64,000 nucleotides of DNA, from the IMG/VR virus record IMGVR_UViG_3300020045_002401, positions 17,849-81,848 of that record. One strand, given 5' to 3'. Positions 1-8,108 of this stretch are shown piece after piece; position 1 is the first letter of the stretch; the number at the start of each line of letters is the position of its first letter. The notes under the pieces are model-generated. The model saw nothing but the letters and a program-made list of their open reading frames with translations, had not been told where the DNA came from and searched no databases. A program made the translations under genes and the position numbers. The DNA comes from a virus (Duplodnaviria > Caudoviricetes).

Positions 1-282
1 AATACCACGTGACACTTTAAGTTATCCCTATAACACCAGCAATTGGATAAGAGTTCTTATATTATTAATAACAGTCAAGAGTACTAGTAAATCAACCTTA
101 AAAAACTAATACTCTATCTGACTATTACCCTACCTTACCAAGACATCAAATCTTAGGTAGTTATCATTATTACCAAACCTCTTTTAATCCAGTAATAATA
201 ATATCTTTATCTTTTACCCTATTCCTATTAGCTCTTTTAGCATCTATACAGTTTCATAACTAATAGGAAGGGCAAAGAGTAA

Positions 283-861
283 CTATTCTCCGGGAATAGT
301 GTTATTTTTAGGTTCAAACTCTATTGATTTATAACCAGCTTGTGAGATATTTGGATATTCTTTAACCCTCTTTAGAGCCTCTTCAAGAGTTGTTCTTTCT
401 AGTTTCTTATTATAAGCTTTTACTATATCATTTGTAGCATTAAGACTTTGAGTATAAGCATTATCTTTAACTCTACCTTTATTAGTAAATAAAAAGTTAT
501 TAACATAGTCTTCTTTTTCCTCAATAATGTTAGTCTTACTAATACGTGTAATTAATTGTTCATACTTCTCTTGTTCAATATGTCTAAGAAGTTGATTATT
601 TCTACGTACACGGCACCATTGTTTATAGTATTTACTAGCAAGAGCGAAACAAGCTATACTATTAAGTATAGAAAGAAAGGAAATAGCTAATAAAACTATG
701 GTTTGAATAAAGAAGGTAAGACCAAAGTTATAGACTTCTGTAGTATCAACTGGTTGGAAGTCTATGGTTATGTAGTTGTAAGATGTGACAGTAAATTTAA
801 GTAGTAATACTGTGATGAATAGAGAGAATATCCCTAGTATTATGTATTTAATTGTTTTCAT
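283..861 (-). CDS. Hypothetical membrane protein (two N-terminal hydrophobic segments)
   Basis: 192-aa ORF; hydrophobic stretches YIILGIFSLFITVLLL and FGLTFFIQTIVLLAISFLSILNSIACFALA. Confidence 0.75.
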   Translation of the reverse strand: MKTIKYIILGIFSLFITVLLLKFTVTSYNYITIDFQPVDTTEVYNFGLTFFIQTIVLLAISFLSILNSIACFALASKYYKQWCRVRRNNQLLRHIEQEKYEQLITRISKTNIIEEKEDYVNNFLFTNKGRVKDNAYTQSLNATNDIVKAYNKKLERTTLEEALKRVKEYPNISQAGYKSIEFEPKNNTIPGE

Positions 862-934
862 TTGTATATGTATTTGTAATAGTTGATTGTAATGTGAATT
901 TAATGTGTAATCTGAGTTTAATTAGAGGTAAAAA

Positions 935-997
935 ATAGTTCCCGTATGCTACCACGAGAGTACCCATTACGGGCACCTCACGATAGCAGGGAACTAT
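935..997 (-). terminator. Long imperfect stem-loop followed by a U6 run on the minus strand (terminator or processing-site candidate)
   Basis: ATAGTTCCC 935-943 pairs with GGGAACTAT 989-997; inner TGCTA/TAGCA and CCC/GGG; A-run at 930-935 gives a U-tail on the minus strand. Confidence 0.55.
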
Positions 998-1019
998 AAG
1001 CTATTCCTATAAGCAGGAA

Positions 1020-1646
1020 TTACTTTCCAGACTTGTTGTTAGGTTTAGCTACCTCTTCTGTTTCCGGTACTGTATCAAATACAGTTTCTTCAACAAGTTC
1101 TGCAACAGGAGCAACAATAGCTTGTGACTCAACAGGAACAACAGCACTAATAGGAGCACCAATACCAAACAAACCTTGCATAATAATCAAAGGATTAGCA
1201 CTAGCAAGGAACGCTCTTTGAGCATTCTCCAAATCAGTCAATGGATAAGTCACAAAGCCTTCAATACGAGAACCTTTCTTTTCAGTGAAAAGAATATCTC
1301 CTACTTTGGCTTCTCCACGAGCAACAGCAGAACTAACTTCTGTAGCAACATATTCAGCACCAGCTTCATAGAACTCAACATCAGCAAATCCAGCTTTATT
1401 TACCAATCCAATGATAGCTTCACGGAATAGGTTATGCATAATAGGATTAGCACTATCAACACCATTATCATACAATCCAGATGGAATGTTAGATGCACGT
1501 GCTGATTTATGTAAATCAAGCAATGCTTGTTTACAAGTTCTTGCAATTTGTTGTTGTTGTCCATTAACAACTACAGTTAGACCTACGAATGGTTCAGTAC
1601 CTTGTTTCGTAATAATGTCTGCGGCGATAACATTGAATGTTTTCAT
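1020..1646 (-). CDS. Hypothetical protein
   Basis: 208-aa ORF with T-ending codon bias and an acidic, low-complexity C-terminus; followed by a hairpin. Confidence 0.75.
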   Translation of the reverse strand: MKTFNVIAADIITKQGTEPFVGLTVVVNGQQQQIARTCKQALLDLHKSARASNIPSGLYDNGVDSANPIMHNLFREAIIGLVNKAGFADVEFYEAGAEYVATEVSSAVARGEAKVGDILFTEKKGSRIEGFVTYPLTDLENAQRAFLASANPLIIMQGLFGIGAPISAVVPVESQAIVAPVAELVEETVFDTVPETEEVAKPNNKSGK

Positions 1647-2212
1647 AATTAAAATATTTAAGGGTTAAAGATTACAAGTGGTTACAACTAGTTATGCTAC
1701 TGAAACTAATACATACTAGACTTTTGTAAAACTAAAAGAATAAATGTCTTGATAACCAATATTGGTTTTAAGTTCAGGAACAACGAGAAGTGGACGGGGT
1801 ATGTTAATTCCCCGAAATGATGCGGGGGTAGTTCCACGGGTGGTGTCATAAGCATTTAACTCATATATAATTTTACCTATCGTCGAGTCTCCTCACATCT
1901 TCCTTTAAATCCCTCCAAATTTTCATAATTTTTTTTTCCTCCTATAACCTCTTCACTTCTACCTCAATCGATATACTATAACCTATACCCCAAGTCTATC
2001 TATTTCCTCCTCTCATCAAATTAATTATTCACCTTTAAGTCTTCTATTCGGTTAGGTCTATTTAATCCCTCTGTACTCGTACTCTTTATCCTTAGTAGGA
2101 AAGTCACCAAATAGAAAAGTTTCTGTATATTTTATAAAATTTTTTTTCTATGTATATTAATAATATTAATCTAGTTAGTAAAATCTACTCTCACAAACAA
2201 GATTATATTACC

Positions 2213-2242
2213 TTGCCAATCTTAGTAACTTTTAGGTATATT
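2213..2242 (+). promoter_or_regulatory. Possible sigma70-like promoter (TTGCCA-N18-TATATT)
   Basis: Hexamers at 2213-2218 and 2237-2242 upstream of the plus-strand block; weak evidence in AT-rich DNA. Confidence 0.25.
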
Positions 2243-2292
2243 AATAATAGTAATACTATGTACAAGATGGTCTATAGGAAGAGGGTCAAGAC

Positions 2293-2316
2293 TGCCCATA
2301 GAAGAAGGTTTATACG
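2293..2316 (-). repeat. Dispersed 24-bp motif copy (CGTATAAACCTTCTTCTATGGGCA)
   Basis: Exact spacing match to consensus; intergenic. Confidence 0.9.
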
Positions 2317-2347
2317 TGTTAGTTAATTTAACAAAATTTTAACACTT

Positions 2348-2355
2348 TACATTTG
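2348..2355 (+). promoter_or_regulatory. Possible Bacteroidetes-type -7 promoter element TAnnTTTG
   Basis: TACATTTG at 2348-2355, about 290 bp upstream of ORF 2642; no clean -33 TTTG. Confidence 0.25.
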
Positions 2356-2438
2356 GAAGATATACCTCATATTACTATATTTCAAATATATATATTTATA
2401 TATAGTATTATATACCTAAGTATATATAAGACTTAAGC

Positions 2439-2462
2439 CGAATAAACTCTCGACTATGGGCA
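2439..2462 (+). repeat. Dispersed 24-bp motif copy (CGAATAAACTCTCGACTATGGGCA)
   Basis: Exact spacing match; intergenic. Confidence 0.9.
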
Positions 2463-2641
2463 GGCTATTAACCCTTAACCGATATAGGCTTATATACAAG
2501 GTAGTACTATAGGAACTACTGACTATTATACAGATGTTCGTACATCTGGTAACCTCAGACCCTCTTGACCCTTAAACTTTATATATTTATACTAATGAAA
2601 CAATACTAACATTTACTAATTTTAATTAACACATAATAACG

Positions 2642-3163
2642 ATGGCAACCGATATTATTCCTATCCAACTTCAATTATATAGAAGTTTACTTACTGACTC
2701 TCTTAATAGTCTGACTAATGAAATGTATGCTAATAACATTAAAACAAGTTATAAGTATGACATTACTGCTGTACCTAAATCAGCTTACCCTTCTATTGCT
2801 AATCCACATAAAGCTTTATACTTATTTAGAGTATATGCAATAGATAAGTCAAGAAATCCAATTGGAGAAACCCACTACTTATATAATCAATACTATTCAA
2901 AAGAAGTTATTGAGTCTATACATACTATAGAAATAAAAGCTATTAAAGAATGGTTTATTATGGCTTCTAAAGCTTTATATAATGTTATGCATGATATGTA
3001 TATTGAAGAAGCTAAAGCTGTACAAGATTTTACTGATTCATTAAAAGCTGAAGGTGTAACACAAGATAACCTTACTGCTAAGAATACTATTCAAAATACT
3101 AATATTATTAAGCAACAGGAAGCTAAGATAATGCAAATAATGCCTAAGATTATTACTGAATAA
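2642..3163 (+). CDS. Hypothetical protein
   Basis: 173-aa ORF, first gene of the plus-strand block. Confidence 0.75.
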   Translation: MATDIIPIQLQLYRSLLTDSLNSLTNEMYANNIKTSYKYDITAVPKSAYPSIANPHKALYLFRVYAIDKSRNPIGETHYLYNQYYSKEVIESIHTIEIKAIKEWFIMASKALYNVMHDMYIEEAKAVQDFTDSLKAEGVTQDNLTAKNTIQNTNIIKQQEAKIMQIMPKIITE

Positions 3164-3165
3164 CA

Positions 3166-3603
3166 ATGAATATTGATAATACTCTAGCAAGAATAATAAC
3201 AGAAACTCAAAAACTTACTGCTAATGAGTATGGTATAGATTTAACATTTGAACAAGTACATGAAGTTATAGAAGTTCAACTTACTTCAACTGTATATGCT
3301 CTTACTAAAAATATACCTATTCATTGGAGAGGTTTTATGAAGTTTATTTGGACTAATAAAAGAGCCCGTAAAGCAGAATTTGACCCTGTATTTAAAGCTA
3401 TACAAGATAATGCTCATAATCTTACTGATAGAGAAATTGATTATTATACATATTTAGCTGGTGTTGCTGCAAGTTCTGCTAAACAAGAATTAGAAAAATT
3501 AAGTAGTCATTCTAAAGCTTTAAGTCCTGATGAGATTAAAGCTATTCCTACTAATGTATCTAAGTTCCGTCAATTTACTTGTTTAATTAAACAACGCCAA
3601 TAA
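3166..3603 (+). CDS. Putative HU/IHF-like DNA-binding protein
   Basis: Helix-helix then IPIHWRGFMKF, resembling the HU/IHF V-x-L-x-GFG-x-F strand; IHF-like genes are common in crAss-like phages. Confidence 0.45.
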   Translation: MNIDNTLARIITETQKLTANEYGIDLTFEQVHEVIEVQLTSTVYALTKNIPIHWRGFMKFIWTNKRARKAEFDPVFKAIQDNAHNLTDREIDYYTYLAGVAASSAKQELEKLSSHSKALSPDEIKAIPTNVSKFRQFTCLIKQRQ

Positions 3604-4271
3604 TGGTAAGACACTATGTAGGAGAAGAAGATAATGAAGTTGTTGTACATAAAAAACAATGCTTCTTAATTCCTGAATTTAAGGAACTCTTTGATAGAGA
3701 TAAAGGATGTAAACAAGATCCTAAAGGTAAACATCAACTTGTAGCTTGTGCTGAATTAAAATATATATATTATTATAATGACCCTCGTAGTGAATATTAT
3801 AATACTCCTCTTTCTGCTTCTCAGGATACTGTACGTGATTTAAGTGGTATACCTAATAACTGGAAAGCTGATAAAGTATTTGATAAGGCAGTTATAAAAT
3901 ATAAAGAACTACAAAAACTTAGTTCTGCTGGTAAAGCTTATTTTTCTGCTGATGCTGCATTATATGATTTAGGTGCTGACACTAGTGAATTATTAGAAAT
4001 AGTCAGGGACTTAAAAACAGACTTGAGAGTAGCAGTACAATTGACACAAAAGAAAACAAAAGAATATACTCTTGAAGAATTAGAGTTAGTAACTAAACTA
4101 ATAAATAAATTAGATAATGTTACTAATACCCAAGATAAGATAATAAATATTATTAACAAATTACCAAAACTTATAATTACTATTAAAAGTTTGAAAGAAC
4201 AGTATGCTCAAGAAGATAATGAGAATAATATAGTAGTAGGTAATAGAGAATTAGGTAATAGAGAAGATTAA
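3603..4271 (+). CDS. Hypothetical protein upstream of terminase (small-terminase candidate by position only)
   Basis: 222-aa helical/coiled-coil ORF overlapping the upstream stop codon. Confidence 0.6.
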   Translation: MVRHYVGEEDNEVVVHKKQCFLIPEFKELFDRDKGCKQDPKGKHQLVACAELKYIYYYNDPRSEYYNTPLSASQDTVRDLSGIPNNWKADKVFDKAVIKYKELQKLSSAGKAYFSADAALYDLGADTSELLEIVRDLKTDLRVAVQLTQKKTKEYTLEELELVTKLINKLDNVTNTQDKIINIINKLPKLIITIKSLKEQYAQEDNENNIVVGNRELGNRED

Positions 4272-4275
4272 CATT

Positions 4276-5247
4276 ATGATACCATTAATAGAATCTCAAG
4301 CTAAAGAATTAATCTTTACTGAACATGACCATAAGTATCGTGATGAAAATAATGTTATATATACATCTGTAACTACTCTTATAGATAAATATAAAGCTAA
4401 ATTTGATAATGAATTTTGGAGTATGTATACAGCTCTTAAAGATGCTGGTTATAGACTTAAACCTTATCCAGAAGAACAAGCTATTAGACTAGGTAGTGTT
4501 AAATATAAATTAGCAGATTTAAAAAAAGAAACTTATTATGTACAATTACAAGATCTTACTAAAGCTCAATGGGCTTTAAAAACTACAGAAGCTTGTATGA
4601 GAGGTAATAATATTCATAATAATATAGAATCTAATATTAATAAAACTCGATTTGATGAAGATGCTAATGATAATGATTTAATATCTTATGAAAATAATCC
4701 TTTTAAATATGGTAAAAACATAAGTAGTTTAAATGATTTAGAGGCTTCTAAATTTAAAGAAGAACACCCTTTTATATATAATAAATTAAAACCACTTGTA
4801 GAAGCAGGGGCAACTGTTTTTGCAGAGAAACGTGTATATCTTTCTAAATATAAACTTGCTGGTACTATTGATTGTCCTATTATAAAAGGTAAATACTTTT
4901 GTATTTTAGACTGGAAATCAAATGCTGCTGATATGCATGATACACCAGGATACTATAAGAAAGAAAATATAGGAGGGGAATGGATTAAAACAGATACTTG
5001 GATAATAACAGATGATAAGTTTACTAGTCCTATTAGTCATATTCCTGCTTCTAAGTTTCATACATATTGTTTACAGTTATCTATTTATGCTTATATTATG
5101 GAACAATGGGGATATACTCTTATTCCTAATGGTCTTGCCATCGTCCATTATCCTCTTAACAAGGAACCGGTATATCTCCAAGTTCCATATCTTAGAAACG
5201 AAGTTATAGCCTTACTTACTGACCATAACAGAAAGCTTTCCTTATAG
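4276..5247 (+). CDS. PD-(D/E)XK family nuclease
   Basis: YTSVTTLI ... AEKRVY ... LAGTIDCP ... ILDWKSN ... YCLQLSIYAY motifs. Confidence 0.8.
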   Translation: MIPLIESQAKELIFTEHDHKYRDENNVIYTSVTTLIDKYKAKFDNEFWSMYTALKDAGYRLKPYPEEQAIRLGSVKYKLADLKKETYYVQLQDLTKAQWALKTTEACMRGNNIHNNIESNINKTRFDEDANDNDLISYENNPFKYGKNISSLNDLEASKFKEEHPFIYNKLKPLVEAGATVFAEKRVYLSKYKLAGTIDCPIIKGKYFCILDWKSNAADMHDTPGYYKKENIGGEWIKTDTWIITDDKFTSPISHIPASKFHTYCLQLSIYAYIMEQWGYTLIPNGLAIVHYPLNKEPVYLQVPYLRNEVIALLTDHNRKLSL

Positions 5248-5260
5248 GGAAGCTTTTATT
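5232..5260 (+). terminator. Rho-independent terminator-like hairpin
   Basis: AAAGCTTTCC-TTATA-GGGAAGCTTT with one G-U pair, then TATT. Confidence 0.55.
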
Positions 5261-5282
5261 ATTAACCATAATTCCAACTATT

Positions 5283-5723
5283 ATGAATAATGCACTATTT
5301 TTGGACATTCCTACTATAATCAAAACTAATAGTAAACAAGACTTTCCTATACATAGAGAAGATTGGTATATTCCTCAAACAATTAAAGATATTATTAAAA
5401 AGCATCTTGAATTTAATTATAAGATTGTTCTTGTTGGTAATTATCCTGAAGTATATGTAAATAAAAAAGAAAGCAATCCTATAGAAAATCTATTACGTAA
5501 TATTGCGGAAAAGCTTGAAGAGGATTTTAAGCTTAAACCTTGTAGTATTAATTATGACTACTGTACAGATTCTGCTTCTTTTGAACATTTACCTCTTCCT
5601 GGTATGTTTTATAATCTTGCTTATGAACATGAATTATTATTAGGTTATTCTTTTATAATTACTAATGTAACTATAGGTAAATTTATACAACAATATTCAG
5701 GTATTAAACCTATAATAGTATAA
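5283..5723 (+). CDS. HAD-like (GmhB/PNKP-like) protein with degenerate catalytic motif
   Basis: ALFLDIPTIIKT...FPIHREDW and LPLPGMF resemble HAD class III; DxDGT is replaced by DIPTI. Confidence 0.5.
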   Translation: MNNALFLDIPTIIKTNSKQDFPIHREDWYIPQTIKDIIKKHLEFNYKIVLVGNYPEVYVNKKESNPIENLLRNIAEKLEEDFKLKPCSINYDYCTDSASFEHLPLPGMFYNLAYEHELLLGYSFIITNVTIGKFIQQYSGIKPIIV

Positions 5724-5727
5724 TAAA

Positions 5728-8088
5728 ATGAGAAGGTCAGATTCAGAAGCTTATGATTTAGTAGCTAGATTAGAAGCAGTATTACCAACTTTACCTATTA
5801 ATAATACCGTATATAGTACACCTTTTAAATCTGTTCCTTATATTAATCCTGAGAGTGACCAAGAGGATGCTCTAGAGATGTTTGACTTTGATGATATAGC
5901 TTTTGTTAATACTAGTGAAGCATCTTCAACTGCTGCTCATTTTAAGAAGTTTGGTTGTTATACTAAATTACATCCTAAATGGGATAGACGAGAGTTTAAT
6001 GCTTTTTGGGATGAAGAAGAACGTAAATGTAAAGAAGGTCTTGTTCTTCCGGGTAAACTTATTAAGAATGATGCCGGTTTATATGAAATACAAAAAGTAC
6101 ATATAACAGGTGAGCATTATGGTTATCTTAATTATTCTAAGATTAAAGCTTCTGCTGAATTTGATATTAAAAAAGGAATTATATATAGTCCTAATGGAGA
6201 ACCTATAAGTAAAGTAGAACAGGGTATTGTTGATAAAACTGCCTTGTTTCCTTCGTTTTGGGATGGAGATTATTATTTCTTTAAATCTTTAGAACTAGCT
6301 AGAAGAGTTGGTAGACACGTAGTTGTAGGTAAAGCTAGACGTAAAGGTTACTCTTATAAAAATGGTTGGATTGTAGCTAATAGAGCTAACTTATATAGAG
6401 GTAGTACATCTGTTGTATCTGCATATGATGGAGCATCTTTATTTGAAGATGGTACTATGAATAAAGTTATGTCTTTCTTAGATAATCTTAATGATAATAC
6501 TGATTGGTCTAAAGGAAGGATACATAATTCACTTGAACATATAGAAATAGGTTATAGACTTAGAGGTAATCCTGCTAAGAAAGGTTTCTTATCTAAAATA
6601 TATACTGCTATCTTAGGTAAAGATGGTGGTAAAATTAGGGGTAAAGATGCTTCTATTATTCTTATTGAAGAAGCTGGTAAATGTGCTAACCTTACAGATG
6701 TACTTGATGCTACACTTAAATCTTTAGAAGATGGCTCATTAATGACGGGTCTTATGATTGTCTTTGGTACTGGTGGTGGAGCTGAAACAGCTTGGGCAGG
6801 TTTTGAAGATTTATTTTATAATGTTATATCTCGTAAATTCCTTGCTTTTGTTAATAATTGGGATGAAGATGCTACAGATGATTATTGTGGTTTCTTTCAC
6901 CCTTGTTATATGTCTAAACCTGGTCTTTATAAAGGAGTACCTCTTATAGATAGGCACGGTAATAGTAATGTTAAAGCCGCTATTGAATTTGAGAAACAAG
7001 AATTAGTTCGTTATGGTAGTGATGATGGTAAAGTTACTGCCCACTTAATGGAAGAACCTCATTCTCCTTCTCAAGCTTTTAGTAGAGCTAAGTCTGTTAT
7101 CTTTAATGCTCAACTATTAGATGCTCAATTTAAGAAAACTGTTAAATTAGCAAGTAGAAATACTATTGGACGTGAAGGTATGTTTACTAATACAGGTTCT
7201 AAAATAGTATTTAAGGATAGAGCCTTAATGGAAGAGGATGAATTATTAAATACACCTAAAGCTATTAAGAATTATCCTATATCTAAAGCAGATGATACTA
7301 GAGGTTGTTGGGTTATATATGATGAACCTTATCGTGATCCTGCTACAGGACTTATACCAGAACATTTATATCATGTATGGAATGACCCTTTTGCTATATC
7401 TAAAACTAAAGATACTTTTACTACTAGAGATTCTTTGGCTTGTACTATTATTTATGAAGCTGCTAATAATCTTACTGCTTCTAAGGGGGATAAGATAGTT
7501 GCTGTATATGTTGGTAGAACAGAAGATACTACTGATTATGATTTACAAATGTTCCTCGGTGCTACCTATTATAATGGTAAGATATTATATGAAAATGATA
7601 GGGGTGACGTTTATGGAAATGCCTTGAAATTAGGCTATTTGCACCTCTTAAAAACTGAAACGACCTTTCAACATCAAAAAGAATTACAAAAGGGTGGAAT
7701 GGGTAGGAAATTCGGCATATCGATTGCATCCAACCCCCAAAGAAAACAGACTGGAATCGTGTATTTAAAAAACTGGTTAATAACTCCTAGAGGTAAAGAT
7801 ATACACGGAAATACTATTTTAAATTTGCATATAATATATGATTTACCTATATTGAAAGAGTTATTAAAATATGACGGTTCTAAGAATGCTGATAGGGTAT
7901 CTTGTTTAATAATAGGAATGTTTGATATTAAAGAAGCCCTTTATAAGAATCAAGTACCTGAAAGACCGCAAGCCAATATAGATAATTATTTTAATAATCC
8001 TTTTGATTATAATATAGATGATAATAACTCAATATATAATGAGGAATCTAATAATGTTCAAGGAGTGAATTTTGACCCTTATTTCTAA
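5728..8088 (+). CDS. terL: Terminase large subunit
   Basis: GKARRKGYS Walker A, ILIEEAGK Walker B, C-terminal nuclease region (NDPF...ADRVS); directly upstream of the portal. Confidence 0.92.
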   Translation: MRRSDSEAYDLVARLEAVLPTLPINNTVYSTPFKSVPYINPESDQEDALEMFDFDDIAFVNTSEASSTAAHFKKFGCYTKLHPKWDRREFNAFWDEEERKCKEGLVLPGKLIKNDAGLYEIQKVHITGEHYGYLNYSKIKASAEFDIKKGIIYSPNGEPISKVEQGIVDKTALFPSFWDGDYYFFKSLELARRVGRHVVVGKARRKGYSYKNGWIVANRANLYRGSTSVVSAYDGASLFEDGTMNKVMSFLDNLNDNTDWSKGRIHNSLEHIEIGYRLRGNPAKKGFLSKIYTAILGKDGGKIRGKDASIILIEEAGKCANLTDVLDATLKSLEDGSLMTGLMIVFGTGGGAETAWAGFEDLFYNVISRKFLAFVNNWDEDATDDYCGFFHPCYMSKPGLYKGVPLIDRHGNSNVKAAIEFEKQELVRYGSDDGKVTAHLMEEPHSPSQAFSRAKSVIFNAQLLDAQFKKTVKLASRNTIGREGMFTNTGSKIVFKDRALMEEDELLNTPKAIKNYPISKADDTRGCWVIYDEPYRDPATGLIPEHLYHVWNDPFAISKTKDTFTTRDSLACTIIYEAANNLTASKGDKIVAVYVGRTEDTTDYDLQMFLGATYYNGKILYENDRGDVYGNALKLGYLHLLKTETTFQHQKELQKGGMGRKFGISIASNPQRKQTGIVYLKNWLITPRGKDIHGNTILNLHIIYDLPILKELLKYDGSKNADRVSCLIIGMFDIKEALYKNQVPERPQANIDNYFNNPFDYNIDDNNSIYNEESNNVQGVNFDPYF

Positions 8089-8108
8089 TTAGATAAACAA
8101 ATACAAAA

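Noticed and set aside
1873-1926. 17-aa minus-strand ORF MKIWRDLKEDVRRLDDR preceded by AGGAGG
   Set aside because: Too short, and the SD-like string is expected by chance in this purine-rich strand.
3364-3386. TTCTGCTTTACGGGC (minus), similar to the copy at 23763
   Set aside because: Lacks the CTA and the CG; explained by ARKAEF codons.
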